This document shows, piece by piece, positions 1-9,458 of a DNA stretch of 24,000 nt. Positions within the stretch are counted from its first letter, which is position 1. Every line of letters starts with the position of its first letter. A program made the position numbers and the translations under genes. This stretch comes from Citrobacter youngae ATCC 29220 (GTDB taxonomy: Bacteria > Pseudomonadota > Gammaproteobacteria > Enterobacterales > Enterobacteriaceae): NCBI RefSeq assembly GCF_000155975.1, contig NZ_GG730299.1, positions 2,557,740 to 2,581,739 on the forward strand, read 5' to 3'. The notes beneath the pieces are model-generated. The model was not told the DNA's origin. It saw only the letters and a list, made by a program, of their open reading frames with translations, and ran no database searches.

Positions 1-13
1 AAGGAACAGAACG

Positions 14-748
14 ATGACTGGAAAGATATCCCCACGCGTCGGGGAGGCGCGTGATGCCGCCGTCAGCCACTATGTGTTTGAAGCGCCAGTACGCTTATGG
101 CACTGGCTGACGGTGGGCTGCATGTTGATTTTGATGGTGACCGGATACTTCATTGGCCGACCGCTGCCGTCGGTCAGCGGCGAAGCCACTTATCTGTTCT
201 ACATGGGCGACATCCGGCTGGCGCATTTCGCCGCCGCCATGGTGTTCACGGTGATACTGCTGATGCGCATTTACTGGGCCTTCGTCGGCAACCGCTATTC
301 ACGCGAGCTGTTTATCGTGCCGGTCTGGCGTCGCAGTTGGTGGCGTGGTGCGTTTTCGGTGGTGCGCTGGTATCTGTTTCTGGAAAAAAAACCGGGGGAA
401 GATATTGGTCATAACCCCGTCGCCCAGGCGGCGATGTTCGGTTATTTCCTGCTCTCCGTTTTTATGATCCTGACCGGTTTTGCCTTATACAGCGAGCATA
501 GCCAGTACGCCATCTTCACTCCCTTTCGCTATGTGACGGCGTTTTTCTACTGGATCGGCGGTAACTCGCTCGATATCCATAGCTGGCACCGGCTGGGAAT
601 GTGGTTCATCGCCGCCTTCATCATGGGTCATGTGTATATGGCTATCCGTGAGGACATCATGTCTGACGATACCGTCATCTCAACCATGATCAACGGCTAC
701 CGTAGCCACAAATTTGCCAAACGTCAGCACGACAAGGAGGCGTCATGA
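14..748 (+). CDS. hyaC: Ni/Fe hydrogenase 1 b-type cytochrome subunit
   Basis: The 244-aa ORF is near-colinear with my recollection of E. coli HyaC ([16 protein letters not shown]...[12 protein letters not shown]...[11 protein letters not shown]). Multiple TM helices carry the conserved His residues. Its stop overlaps the hyaD start (ATGA). Confidence 0.9.
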   Translation: MTGKISPRVGEARDAAVSHYVFEAPVRLWHWLTVGCMLILMVTGYFIGRPLPSVSGEATYLFYMGDIRLAHFAAAMVFTVILLMRIYWAFVGNRYSRELFIVPVWRRSWWRGAFSVVRWYLFLEKKPGEDIGHNPVAQAAMFGYFLLSVFMILTGFALYSEHSQYAIFTPFRYVTAFFYWIGGNSLDIHSWHRLGMWFIAAFIMGHVYMAIREDIMSDDTVISTMINGYRSHKFAKRQHDKEAS

Positions 749-1326
749 GTGAGCCAAACGTCATCGTGATGGGCTTAGGCAACCTGCTGTGGGCAGACGA
801 AGGATTTGGCATTCGCCTCGCCGAGCGCCTGTACGCCCACTATCACTGGCCGGAATCGGTAGAGATTGTCGACGGCGGCACGCAGGGGTTGAATCTGCTG
901 GGCTACGTTGAGCAGGCCAGCCATTTGCTGCTGCTGGACGCCATTGACTACGGACTCGCGCCGGGAACCCTGCAAACCTATGCCGGTGAAAAAGTGCCCA
1001 GTTACCTCAGCGCCAAAAAAATGAGTTTGCACCAGAACAGCTTTTCCGAAGTGCTGGCTCTGGCGGATATTCGCGGCCATCTGCCCGCGCACATCGCCCT
1101 CGTCGGGCTGCAGCCGGTCCAGCTTGACGACTATGGCGGCAGCCTGACCGACATCGCGCGCGCTCAGCTCCCGGCGGCGGAACAGGCCGCGCTTACGCAG
1201 CTGGCCGCGTGGGGGATTGCGCCACAGAAAATCGATGAAACGCGTTGCCTGAACTATGAGTGCCTGTCGCTGGAAAATTATGAAGGCGTGCGTATTCGCC
1301 AGTATCGCGTAACGCTGGAGAGATAA
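745..1326 (+). CDS. hyaD: Hydrogenase 1 maturation endopeptidase
   Basis: The 193-aa ORF has the N-terminal [15 protein letters not shown] motif typical of HyaD/HybD/HycI proteases. It is translationally coupled to hyaC. Confidence 0.9.
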   Translation: MSEPNVIVMGLGNLLWADEGFGIRLAERLYAHYHWPESVEIVDGGTQGLNLLGYVEQASHLLLLDAIDYGLAPGTLQTYAGEKVPSYLSAKKMSLHQNSFSEVLALADIRGHLPAHIALVGLQPVQLDDYGGSLTDIARAQLPAAEQAALTQLAAWGIAPQKIDETRCLNYECLSLENYEGVRIRQYRVTLER

Positions 1327-1331
1327 GCAAC

Positions 1332-1733
1332 ATGTTGAATGACAAACCGTTTTCTGCGCTATGGCAGCGTATGCTGGCTAAGGGCTGGCAGCCGCTGACC
1401 GCATCTGAACTGGATGACTGGGCAACCCGCGTGGGCAATGGAGTGGTCCTGCTCAGCAGCGATCCCCGCCGCACGCCGGAAGTCAGCGATAACCCGGTCA
1501 TGATTGCCGAGTTGCTGCGCGAGTTTCCCCAGTTTGCCTGGCACATCGCCATGGCGGATCTCGCGCACAGCGAGGCGATTGGCGATCGCTTTGGCGTATT
1601 CCGCTTCCCGGCCACGCTGGTGTTTATCCACGGCGAGCTGCGCGGCATTCTCAGCGGCATCCACCCGTGGGCCGACCTGCTTAACCTGATGCGCCCGCTG
1701 GTTGAAGAACGTATTCCGTCGGAGTCGGTGTGA
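1332..1733 (+). CDS. hyaE: Hydrogenase 1 operon protein HyaE (thioredoxin-like chaperone)
   Basis: The 133-aa ORF sits in the conserved position between hyaD and hyaF, and its length matches HyaE. Its stop overlaps the hyaF start (TGATG). Confidence 0.85.
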   Translation: MLNDKPFSALWQRMLAKGWQPLTASELDDWATRVGNGVVLLSSDPRRTPEVSDNPVMIAELLREFPQFAWHIAMADLAHSEAIGDRFGVFRFPATLVFIHGELRGILSGIHPWADLLNLMRPLVEERIPSESV

Positions 1734-2590
1734 TGAGCGAATCCTTTTTTCATCTGCTGGGACCAGGTACACAACCGGGTGACGACAGTTTCAGTATGAA
1801 TCCCCTGCCCCTCACCTGCCGGGTCAACAGCGATCCCAGCATGGCGACCCTGGAAAACTGCCCGCACAGCCCGGCGGTGATGGCACTGTTAGCCGATGTA
1901 CGCCACCAGCTTACCCAGAGAATACCCACCAAACAGGATGTGCTGGGATGGGATTTATCCGCGCTCAGCGCCGACGATCTCACGTTTCTCAATACGCTGC
2001 TCGGCGAGGGCGAAGTTTCGGTGCGCATCCAACATGCTGACGGCAGGGCAAGCGAAATGCAGGAGTCGATCTTCTGCGGCATCTGGCGGGTGCGTTGTCA
2101 GAACGACGAAGGTCAATGGGAGGAGCATCTGGAAGCAGGCAGCGCGCCGCGGGCGCTGTGGCAGGCGGCAACACTCAATACGCTGCCGGACGATACTCTG
2201 CTGCCTCCGCCCATCGACGGGTTGATGAATGGCCTGACGCTGGCCCAGGAACTGCTGGCGCACGTGCGCGATCCGGCCACGCTTCCCCATAGCATTAACC
2301 TCACCCAACTTCCGCTAAGCAACGCCGATCGCCTGTTCCTCGCCCGCCTGTGTGGCGAAGGGCGCATTCAGATCCGTACCATCGGCTACGGCGAGAGCCA
2401 AATCGACGCCACGGCGCTGCGCCATGTCTGGCATGTGCGCTGTCTGGATACCCTGAAAGGACCGTTGCTTGAGAGTTACGAGATCTGTCCGCTACCAGAA
2501 CTGGTACTGGCCGCGCCGGAAGATCTGCTCGACTCGCTCGAGCGCCTGGATGAAGTCTGCGACTGGCTGGCATCCGGCCCGCCAGCCTGA
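1733..2590 (+). CDS. hyaF: Hydrogenase 1 maturation/nickel incorporation protein HyaF
   Basis: The ORF track starts at GTG 1730, but ATG 1733 gives MSE.FFHLLGPGTQP, matching the remembered HyaF N-terminus (285 aa). Confidence 0.88.
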   Translation: MSESFFHLLGPGTQPGDDSFSMNPLPLTCRVNSDPSMATLENCPHSPAVMALLADVRHQLTQRIPTKQDVLGWDLSALSADDLTFLNTLLGEGEVSVRIQHADGRASEMQESIFCGIWRVRCQNDEGQWEEHLEAGSAPRALWQAATLNTLPDDTLLPPPIDGLMNGLTLAQELLAHVRDPATLPHSINLTQLPLSNADRLFLARLCGEGRIQIRTIGYGESQIDATALRHVWHVRCLDTLKGPLLESYEICPLPELVLAAPEDLLDSLERLDEVCDWLASGPPA

Positions 2591-2603
2591 TCCCCTCTCT
2601 CCC

Positions 2604-2640
2604 GACCCGCGCACGTTTCGGCTGCGGGTCTGGCGTTTTC
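2604..2640 (+). terminator. Candidate intrinsic terminator after hyaF
   Basis: GACCCGC (2604-2610) pairs with GCGGGTC (2624-2630) around a 13-nt loop. It is followed by tggcGTTTTCTT. It lies in the 90-nt gap between the hyaF stop and the appC start. Confidence 0.4.
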
Positions 2641-2680
2641 TTCCTTATCTATTCACTCTCTAATGCCTGATGGAGTTCGC

Positions 2681-4225
2681 ATGTGGGACGTCATTGACTT
2701 ATCGCGCTGGCAGTTTGCGCTGACCGCGCTGTACCATTTTCTGTTTGTTCCTCTAACGCTGGGGCTGATTTTTCTGCTGGCCATCATGGAAACCCTGTTC
2801 GTGGTGACGGGCAAAACGGTCTACCGCGACATGACGCGTTTCTGGGGAAAGCTATTCGGCATTAACTTTGCGCTCGGCGTGGCGACCGGCCTGACCATGG
2901 AGTTTCAGTTCGGCACTAACTGGTCGCTCTATTCCAACTATGTGGGCGATATCTTCGGCGCTCCGCTGGCGATGGAAGCCCTGATGGCTTTCTTTCTTGA
3001 ATCCACCTTCGTGGGGCTGTTCTTCTTCGGCTGGCAGCGTTTAAACAAGTACCAGCATTTACTGGTGACCTGGCTGGTCGCGTTTGGCTCCAATATCTCA
3101 GCCCTGTGGATCCTCAACGCCAACGGCTGGATGCAGTATCCGACAGGCGCTCGCTTTAATATTGATACCCTGCGCATGGAGATGAGCAGCTTTAGCGAAC
3201 TGGTCTTTAACCCTGTCAGCCAGGTAAAGTTTGTGCATACCGTGATGTCCGGTTATGTCGCGGGCGCGATGTTTGTGATGTCCATCAGCGCCTGGTATCT
3301 GCTGCGTGGTCGCTGTCGCGAGTTCGCCCTGCGTTCGTTCGCGATTGGTTCCGTTTTCGGCACGCTGGCTATCCTCGGCACCCTGCAACTGGGTGACAGC
3401 TCAGCCTATGAGGTTGCCCAACTCCAGCCGGTAAAACTGGCGGCAATGGAGGGCGAATGGCAAACCGAACCGGCGCCTGCGCCCTTTCATGTGATAGCCT
3501 GGCCGCAGCAGGAGCAAGAGCGTAACGCCTTTTCCGTGAAAATACCGGCCCTGCTGGGTATCCTGGCAACTCACTCGTTAGACACCCCGGTTCCGGGACT
3601 CAAAAATCTGATGGCGGACGCGTTGCCCCGTCTGCAGCGGGGGCGAGAAGCGTGGTTGCTGTTGCAGGAAATCGCCAAAGGTAACCGCACGCCGCAGGCG
3701 CTGAAGGCTTTCCACGCCGTAGAAAATGATCTGGGTTACGGCATCCTGTTGGCGAACTACGCGCCTGATATGAATCATGTGACCCCCGCGCAATATCAGG
3801 CCGCGCAACGCGGCGCTATCCCGCAGGTGGCCCCCGTGTTCTGGAGTTTCCGTATCATGATTGGATGCGGATCGCTTCTGCTGCTGGTGCTGGCGATTGC
3901 GCTGATCCAGACCTTACGAATGCGCATCGACCAGCATCGTTGGGTGCTGCGCATGACGCTATGGAGCCTGCCGCTCCCGTGGATAGCCATTGAAGCGGGC
4001 TGGTTTATGACGGAGTTTGGCCGTCAACCATGGGCGATTCAGGATATTTTGCCAACCTGGTACGCCCACTCCGCGTTGAGCGCAGGCCAACTGGCCTTCT
4101 CCATGGGACTTATCCTTACGCTTTACACCCTGTTTTTAATTGCTGAAGTCTACCTGATGCAAAAATACGCGCGTCTGGGTCCAGATGCGATGCAGAGCCA
4201 ACAACCGGCGCAACAGCAGGGATAA
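2681..4225 (+). CDS. appC: Cytochrome bd-II ubiquinol oxidase subunit I
   Basis: The ORF track starts at 2663. ATG 2681 gives [28 protein letters not shown], the remembered AppC/CydA-family N-terminus (514 aa), and GGAG lies 7 nt upstream. Confidence 0.92.
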   Translation: MWDVIDLSRWQFALTALYHFLFVPLTLGLIFLLAIMETLFVVTGKTVYRDMTRFWGKLFGINFALGVATGLTMEFQFGTNWSLYSNYVGDIFGAPLAMEALMAFFLESTFVGLFFFGWQRLNKYQHLLVTWLVAFGSNISALWILNANGWMQYPTGARFNIDTLRMEMSSFSELVFNPVSQVKFVHTVMSGYVAGAMFVMSISAWYLLRGRCREFALRSFAIGSVFGTLAILGTLQLGDSSAYEVAQLQPVKLAAMEGEWQTEPAPAPFHVIAWPQQEQERNAFSVKIPALLGILATHSLDTPVPGLKNLMADALPRLQRGREAWLLLQEIAKGNRTPQALKAFHAVENDLGYGILLANYAPDMNHVTPAQYQAAQRGAIPQVAPVFWSFRIMIGCGSLLLLVLAIALIQTLRMRIDQHRWVLRMTLWSLPLPWIAIEAGWFMTEFGRQPWAIQDILPTWYAHSALSAGQLAFSMGLILTLYTLFLIAEVYLMQKYARLGPDAMQSQQPAQQQG

Positions 4226-4236
4226 AGGAGACAATC

Positions 4237-5373
4237 ATGTTGGATTATGAAACGCTGCGGCTCATTTGGTGGCTGCTGATTGGCGTCATTCTGGTGGCCT
4301 TTATGGTCACTGACGGGTTTGATATGGGGGTCGGCTGCCTATTGCCGCTGATCGCGCGCAGCGAGGACGAACGCCGGGTGCTGATCAATAGCGTCGGTGC
4401 GCACTGGGAAGGTAATCAGGTATGGCTCATTCTGGCGGGCGGGGCATTATTCGCCGCCTGGCCGCGGGTTTATGCCGCCGCATTTTCCGGATTTTATGTG
4501 GCGATGATTCTGGTGCTGTGCGCCCTTTTCTTTCGCCCGTTGGCCTTCGATTACCGCGGAAAAATAGCCAACGCGCGCTGGCGCAGAATATGGGACACCG
4601 GATTGGTTATCGGCAGTCTGGTTCCGCCTGTTATTTTCGGCATTGCGTTCGGCAACCTGTTTCTGGGGGTTCCTTTTATCTTCACGCCGCAGCTGCATGT
4701 GCAATACCTGGGTTCCTTCTGGGAGTTGCTCTCTCCCTTTGCCCTGCTGTGTGGAGCGTTAAGCCTGATGCTGGTTATTCTGCAAGGAGGCGTGTGGCTA
4801 CAGTTAAAAACCGATGGCGTTATTCGCCAGCGCGCGCTGTCCGCCACCAGCCGCAGCGCAATGCTGGTGGTGCTCTGCTTCCTGTTAGCCGGCTACTGGC
4901 TGTGGACGGGAATTGATGGCTTTGTGCTGCTTAGCCAGGATCCGAATGGTCCTTCCAACCCGCTATTAAAAGCGGTGGCGATCTTACCGGGCGCGTGGAT
5001 GGCGCACTTTTATCAGTCACCACTGCTGTTGATTATTCCGTTGCTTGGCATGATTTTTCCGATACTCGCACTCTATGCCTGCACCCAACGTCGGACCGTG
5101 TGGGGATTCCTGTTTGCTTCACTCACCCAGGCCTGCGTGATCTTCACCGCCGGAATTACCCTTTTTCCGTTTGTCATGCCTTCAGGCGCGCATCCGCTCT
5201 CCAGCCTGACGGTGTGGGACAGTACGTCCAGCCAGATGACGCTCAGTATCATGCTGGTTATTGTGCTGATTTTTCTGCCGATCGTTCTGCTTTATACCGT
5301 ATGGAGTTATTACAAAATGCTGGGACGAATCAACGTAGAAACGATCCGCCGCCACAACCATGAACTTTACTAG
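4237..5373 (+). CDS. appB: Cytochrome bd-II ubiquinol oxidase subunit II
   Basis: The 378-aa polytopic membrane ORF starts 11 nt after appC and is preceded by AAGGAG. It is CydB/AppB-like ([15 protein letters not shown]). Confidence 0.92.
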   Translation: MLDYETLRLIWWLLIGVILVAFMVTDGFDMGVGCLLPLIARSEDERRVLINSVGAHWEGNQVWLILAGGALFAAWPRVYAAAFSGFYVAMILVLCALFFRPLAFDYRGKIANARWRRIWDTGLVIGSLVPPVIFGIAFGNLFLGVPFIFTPQLHVQYLGSFWELLSPFALLCGALSLMLVILQGGVWLQLKTDGVIRQRALSATSRSAMLVVLCFLLAGYWLWTGIDGFVLLSQDPNGPSNPLLKAVAILPGAWMAHFYQSPLLLIIPLLGMIFPILALYACTQRRTVWGFLFASLTQACVIFTAGITLFPFVMPSGAHPLSSLTVWDSTSSQMTLSIMLVIVLIFLPIVLLYTVWSYYKMLGRINVETIRRHNHELY

Positions 5374-5385
5374 GAGGACTGTACG

Positions 5386-5475
5386 ATGTGGTATCTGTTT
5401 TGGTTTGTCGGCATTCTGCTGATGTGCGCGCTCTCCACGCTGGCGCTGGTCTGGCTTGAGTCGCGGCAGAAATAG
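5386..5475 (+). CDS. appX: Cytochrome bd-II accessory small subunit (CydX/YbgT family)
   Basis: Not in the ORF track because it is under 60 aa. ATG 5386 lies 6 nt after AGGAGG (5372-5377) and encodes MWYLFWFVGILLMCALSTLALVWLESRQK, a single TM helix. It closely resembles the remembered AppX sequence and occupies the conserved position after appB. Confidence 0.8.
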   Translation: MWYLFWFVGILLMCALSTLALVWLESRQK

Positions 5476-5505
5476 TTCTGTTCTGCGCGTGCGCTACGCT
5501 TGCTG

Positions 5506-5535
5506 GCTCCTCGGTTTATTCGGGGAGCTTTAATT
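5506..5535 (+). terminator. Candidate intrinsic terminator of the app operon
   Basis: GCTCCTCG (5506-5513) pairs with CGGGGAGC (5521-5528), giving 8 bp including one G-U pair, with a 7-nt loop. TTTAATT follows immediately. Confidence 0.5.
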
Positions 5536-5606
5536 GATACGATTTCACGCTCTTTGAGGTATCAATCCGCACTGAGCCTCCCGGCACCATGAATATGAGG
5601 GAAAAT

Positions 5607-5999
5607 ATGTTTTCTTACATTATGTTAGGTACCAACGATCTCCCGCGCGCCATTCAGTTTTACGATCCGCTAATGGAAATGCTTGGACAACCGCAGGCCG
5701 GGCGTAATGAAGAAGGTGCGTCATGGGGAACATTCAACGACAACCACACCGTTGGCCTATGCATCGGCAGTCCCTTTGATAGTCAGCCTGCCAGCGTTGG
5801 TAACGGCACGATGGTGGCGCTGAAAGCGCGTTCCGTCGAGCATATTGAGCAGTTGTACGCGCTCGCACTCAGTCTGGGCGGCGCAGATGAAGGCGCGCCG
5901 GGGCACAGGCCGCAGTATGGTCAAGGCTTCTACAGCGCCTACGTACGCGATCCGGACGGCAATAAGCTCGCATTTGTCTACTACGCACCCGTAGCCTGA
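5607..5999 (+). CDS. VOC (glyoxalase/bleomycin-resistance/dioxygenase) family protein
   Basis: The ORF track starts at 5589. ATG 5607 has GAGGG 5 nt upstream and gives MFSYIMLGTNDL.RAI.FY, a typical VOC beta-alpha-beta-beta-beta N-terminus. The C-terminal GFYSAYVRDPDGNKL motif is also typical. Length is about 130 aa. Confidence 0.75.
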   Translation: MFSYIMLGTNDLPRAIQFYDPLMEMLGQPQAGRNEEGASWGTFNDNHTVGLCIGSPFDSQPASVGNGTMVALKARSVEHIEQLYALALSLGGADEGAPGHRPQYGQGFYSAYVRDPDGNKLAFVYYAPVA

Positions 6000-6183
6000 C
6001 GGATAAACATGCGATTACTGAAGAGGGTAAACGGGTATATCCAATAACGCGCAGGCAATATGCCAGCGGCCTGGCGAGTTGGTAGGGTCTGACCACGTCT
6101 ACATTTGGGAAATGGAGCAAGGCGAGTAACATCGCCCGCTCCAGCCGTCATCTAATGGATTCGTTTTACTAAACATACGAAGA

Positions 6184-6534
6184 CTAATACGCCGTCGGCT
6201 CAACCGGATGACTGTCTCCCGGAATATGCGGAGATTTAACAAACACGCCTTTCCACGGCACCTCGCCCCTGTTCACCAGAAAATGTGCTTCACCGGGATC
6301 GCAGTGCAAAACATCCCCGGAGCCTAACGTGTAGGGCTCACCGTTCAGATATAACGTCACTTCGCCTGCCAGGGTATAAAAAATCTCGCAGGCTTCGATA
6401 TGACGATGGTTGGGAAAAGACTGACCGGGCTGGAGCATGACGACGCCCATGTCACATACCGGACCGCGAATGAGGTATTTAGGGCCACTATCACCAAAAC
6501 GGTATTCATGCTGCGCTTCATTCGATTTAATCAT
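6184..6534 (-). CDS. Cupin-domain metalloprotein, co-oriented and coupled with lsrK
   Basis: The 116-aa ORF contains cupin motif 1, G-QSFPN-H-R-H-IEAC-E-IFYTLA-G (G-X5-H-X-H-X4-E-X6-G). It also has a motif-2-like GDVLHCDPGEAHFLVN (P-G-X2-H-X3-N). Its ATG is 12 nt downstream of the lsrK stop, and AGGAG lies in the spacer. Confidence 0.8.
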   Translation of the reverse strand: MIKSNEAQHEYRFGDSGPKYLIRGPVCDMGVVMLQPGQSFPNHRHIEACEIFYTLAGEVTLYLNGEPYTLGSGDVLHCDPGEAHFLVNRGEVPWKGVFVKSPHIPGDSHPVEPTAY

Positions 6535-6546
6535 TACGATCTCCTG

Positions 6547-8139
6547 TTATAAACCCGGCGCTTTCCACAAAGAGTTCGTCAACCCGTGATCGACCAGACC
6601 TAACTGCTCCTGATATACCGCCTGCCATTTCTCGCGGGATTCCCGATAAAGCTCGTGCTTCTCTTTATCCGGCACATGCTCCCGCTCCCAACGCACCAGT
6701 CGCTCACCGGTCTCGGCCATGGATGACCAGATCCCTGCCCCGACGCCAGCCGCAATGGCGCAGCCCAGCGCCGTTGCCTCTTTGACGACCGGCACGTTGA
6801 CCGTCAGACCTGAAACATCCGCCAGAATCTGGCTCCAAAGTTTGCCCTTCGAGCCTCCGCCAGCAAACACCAGTGAAGCAGGATGGATCCCGGTGAAATC
6901 GGCGATTTGCTGCAAATTACAGGTCGACACAATGGCCGCATTCTCTTCCAGAGCACGAAACAGCGTGGCTTTATTGCATTTTTCCGGATCGATGGACAGG
7001 TTGATAAACGAAGGGGCAGCGTGATACCAACTCTTGAAGCGCATCCGGTCGGAGAAGATCGGCATTACGCCCCATGCACCAGCCGGCACTCGGGATGCCA
7101 TGTCTTCCAGAAGTGTGTAGGTGTCTACGCCCAGACGCTCAGCAATCAGCTTTTCCTCGGCACAGAACGCGTCGCGGAACCAGCGCATCGTCAGGCCAGT
7201 AAAGAAGCTGATAGATTCGGTCTGTACCATCCCCGGAATGACGTGCGGATTCACACGCACGTTCATTTCAGGATCCACAATCGGCGCGGGTAAATTCACC
7301 ACCTGCTGCCAGAATGTTCCGCCGAGTACAGCAGTTTGCGCCGGGCGTACAACCCCAAGACCGAGACACCCCAACTGAACATCTCCGCCGCCCACCACCA
7401 CCGGCGTGCCAGCTTTCAACCCGCACTGCGCAGCGGCCTGGGCGGTTACCCTCCCCAGCATCGTCCCGGTCTCTTTAACCGGTGAGAGAATATCCGACCG
7501 CAGCCCAGCCATCTGTAGCAATGACGGTTTCCAGTCGCGCGTTTTGAGATCCAACAGCCCCGTGGTTCCGGCATTGGAAGGATCCACCGCCAGCTCACCG
7601 CTGAGCATGTAGGCCATCCAGTCACTGATCATCGTCACCGTCGAGGCACGGCGATAGATATCCGAACGATGGTGTGCCAACCAGAGCAATCGCGGAATGG
7701 CGCTCAATGCCAGCGTCTGGCCGGTGCTACGATAGACTTCGCTTTCGAAGGTGTAGTCGTGGATCTCTTTAAGTTCGCTGACTTCCCGTGCCGCTCTGGC
7801 ATCCACGTTTGCACAGGCCCAGACAGGCGTCCCTTCTGCATCATAGACCACAATGCCTTCACGCATCGAACAGGCTGAAACGGCAGCAATCGCCTCCGGC
7901 GCAATCCCGGCGTTGTGCAGCGCCTGACGAATACACTCACAGGCCAGCTGCCAGTTTTTCCCCAGATCAAACTCCATCGAGCCAGGAACATCCGGTACGG
8001 CAAGGTGCCGCCATTCCGCTTGTCCCACTGCAATTTGTTTGCCTTCCAGGTCGAAAATCACGGCGCGGACGCTTCCGGTACCGGCGTCCAGAGCCATCAG
8101 GTAATGTGTTGATTCAGAGGGGGTACAGAGTCGGGCCAT
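6547..8139 (-). CDS. lsrK: Autoinducer-2 (DPD) kinase, FGGY carbohydrate kinase family
   Basis: The 530-aa ORF is colinear with remembered E. coli LsrK ([45 protein letters not shown]...SLWKAPGL). GAGGA lies 8 nt upstream of the ATG. Confidence 0.95.
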   Translation of the reverse strand: MARLCTPSESTHYLMALDAGTGSVRAVIFDLEGKQIAVGQAEWRHLAVPDVPGSMEFDLGKNWQLACECIRQALHNAGIAPEAIAAVSACSMREGIVVYDAEGTPVWACANVDARAAREVSELKEIHDYTFESEVYRSTGQTLALSAIPRLLWLAHHRSDIYRRASTVTMISDWMAYMLSGELAVDPSNAGTTGLLDLKTRDWKPSLLQMAGLRSDILSPVKETGTMLGRVTAQAAAQCGLKAGTPVVVGGGDVQLGCLGLGVVRPAQTAVLGGTFWQQVVNLPAPIVDPEMNVRVNPHVIPGMVQTESISFFTGLTMRWFRDAFCAEEKLIAERLGVDTYTLLEDMASRVPAGAWGVMPIFSDRMRFKSWYHAAPSFINLSIDPEKCNKATLFRALEENAAIVSTCNLQQIADFTGIHPASLVFAGGGSKGKLWSQILADVSGLTVNVPVVKEATALGCAIAAGVGAGIWSSMAETGERLVRWEREHVPDKEKHELYRESREKWQAVYQEQLGLVDHGLTNSLWKAPGL

Positions 8140-8246
8140 CGTTTTTGTCCTCGGCTTATTTTATCTGTCAGGTCGTCAATGCTTTCTCCACGGTACAAAC
8201 GGAAATTCTGTTACTCCCTGCCGCGCGGCTGCACGGCAGATACGCA

Positions 8247-9203
8247 TTACTGCCCGCTGACAATGGCGGCGGCAGTTTCCTGGTCAGTGACCAATGCGTT
8301 GATATAACCCCCTTTCATCGCCGCAGCGATCGCTTCCGCTTTATTCACGCCCCCGGCAACGCCGATCACAGTCGGGATCGTCTTCAGGGTATTGAGGGTT
8401 AACCCGATAAGTTCATCATGGATCTTCATATCCGGAATCACCTGCCCTTCGGCATCGAAGAAATAGCCCAGAATGTCGCCCACGGCGCCTTTGCGGCCAA
8501 TCATCAGCTGTTCACCCTTAGTGATATAGCCTGATCGAATAATGGTGGCCTCATCTTTCTGGTTGATTGCGCCGATGCCAACAATCGCCGCGTCGGCAGC
8601 CTGGGCGGCCAGCAGAACATCCTGGACGCTGTTTTCATTTTTTAACGTCCTTGCGATCTCCGCAGAAGAAGCGCGCAGCGGCGCCGGAATAATACTGACC
8701 GGACAGGCTGCGTTGAGCTGCCCAATACCGGTCATATAAGGACCTACGCCACCCGACAGCGTCACCAGACGAATTTGCTGAGCAGAGATAAAACCGCTCA
8801 GCCGCTTTAAGGTATTCATGGCCGCCTCGCCGAAACCTGCCGCCAGAATCTGCTGCGGCTGGAGTGACTCCATCAGCATATGTGCGGCGCCAATCCCCAG
8901 GCGAATGCACGCGTCGGCCCCGGGGAGTCCCGGGATAACCCGCACATTGCTCAGGTCAAAGCGACGACGTAATTCAGTTTCATATTCCAGACAGCCTTCA
9001 AAGCGAGAATTAATCTGCACACGAATAATCCCGGACTGATGCCCCTTCTCCAGCAGCCGCGATACCTTAAGCCGCGTCAGCCCCAGCCTGTTGCTGATGT
9101 CGCTTTGCGTCATACCGTCGTGGTAATAGAACCACGCAATGCGCGCCACCAGCTCTTCTTCACACATCCCTTGCTCGGAAATCATCGGGTCGTTAATAGT
9201 CAT
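8247..9203 (-). CDS. lsrR: lsr operon transcriptional repressor (SorC/DeoR-type sugar-binding regulator)
   Basis: The ORF track extends to 9257. [30 protein letters not shown] matches the remembered LsrR N-terminus, so I place the start at 9203. An adjacent ATG at 9206 is equally possible. The 9204-9257 extension overlaps operator-like repeats. Confidence 0.92.
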   Translation of the reverse strand: MTINDPMISEQGMCEEELVARIAWFYYHDGMTQSDISNRLGLTRLKVSRLLEKGHQSGIIRVQINSRFEGCLEYETELRRRFDLSNVRVIPGLPGADACIRLGIGAAHMLMESLQPQQILAAGFGEAAMNTLKRLSGFISAQQIRLVTLSGGVGPYMTGIGQLNAACPVSIIPAPLRASSAEIARTLKNENSVQDVLLAAQAADAAIVGIGAINQKDEATIIRSGYITKGEQLMIGRKGAVGDILGYFFDAEGQVIPDMKIHDELIGLTLNTLKTIPTVIGVAGGVNKAEAIAAAMKGGYINALVTDQETAAAIVSGQ

Positions 9204-9219
9204 CATTCTGTCTTCACTT

Positions 9220-9252
9220 TGAACATATCGAATTTCTGAACACAATTGTTCA
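9220..9252. promoter_or_regulatory. Operator-like 33-bp box R (lsrR-proximal), candidate LsrR site
   Basis: The sequence is TGAACAtatcgaatttcTGAACAcaatTGTTCA. It begins with TGAACA and ends with TGTTCA, and contains a perfect TGAACA-N4-TGTTCA palindrome at 9237-9252. It matches box A at 25 of 33 positions in the same orientation. Confidence 0.55.
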
Positions 9253-9271
9253 TTCATTAGTCGTTAATAAC

Positions 9272-9287
9272 TGTGATTAAACCCACA
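9272..9287. promoter_or_regulatory. CRP-like binding site in the lsrR/lsrA divergent region
   Basis: TGTGA-ttaaac-CCACA matches the TGTGA-N6-TCACA core at 9 of 10 positions. cAMP-CRP control of lsr is established in E. coli. Which promoter this site serves is inference. Confidence 0.55.
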
Positions 9288-9387
9288 TTTCAGTGGCCTT
9301 TATTTGAACAAAGTTAATGTTTACGATCATTTTCGCATAAAACGTGATCTATTCGTCGGTTTTATGAGCAGTTAGGTCATAAGGTTA

Positions 9388-9420
9388 TGAACAATTCGAA
9401 TCACACAATACATTTGTTCA
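9388..9420. promoter_or_regulatory. Operator-like 33-bp box A (lsrA-proximal), candidate LsrR site
   Basis: The sequence is TGAACAattcgaatcacacaatacattTGTTCA, with the same TGAACA...TGTTCA ends and the shared TGAACA-NN-TCGAAT start as box R. It ends 38 nt upstream of the lsrA ATG, where the lsrA promoter should lie. Confidence 0.55.
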
Positions 9421-9458
9421 ACCTGATTCTACCCAGGCCGAACGGAGGTGGCACGTAA

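Noticed and set aside
97-414. Alternative-frame ORFs nested inside hya, app, lsr and sgc genes, which make up many 60-130-aa entries in the track.
   Set aside because: Each lies fully within a longer, family-recognisable ORF in another frame. Their Arg/Ala/Gly-rich translations are typical of off-frame GC-rich sequence.
4863-4870. Chi octamers. GCTGGTGG occurs at 4863-4870 and 15062-15069. The complement CCACCAGC occurs at 1903-1910, 4844-4851 and 9146-9153.
   Set aside because: This density is in the normal range for enterobacterial chromosomes, and all copies lie inside coding sequence. I have no evidence of special clustering at module borders.
6121-6136. A GGCGA-gtaaca-TCGCC hairpin between the convergent VOC and cupin genes, considered as a bidirectional terminator.
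   Set aside because: It has only a 5-bp stem and poor U-tracts on both strands. I could not support a terminator call for either gene here.
8218-8239. A CTGCCG...CGGCAG 6-bp hairpin in the lsrR-lsrK spacer.
   Set aside because: The stem is short and has no flanking U-tract on the minus (sense) strand. lsrRK co-transcription is established, so this is not enough to call a regulatory element.
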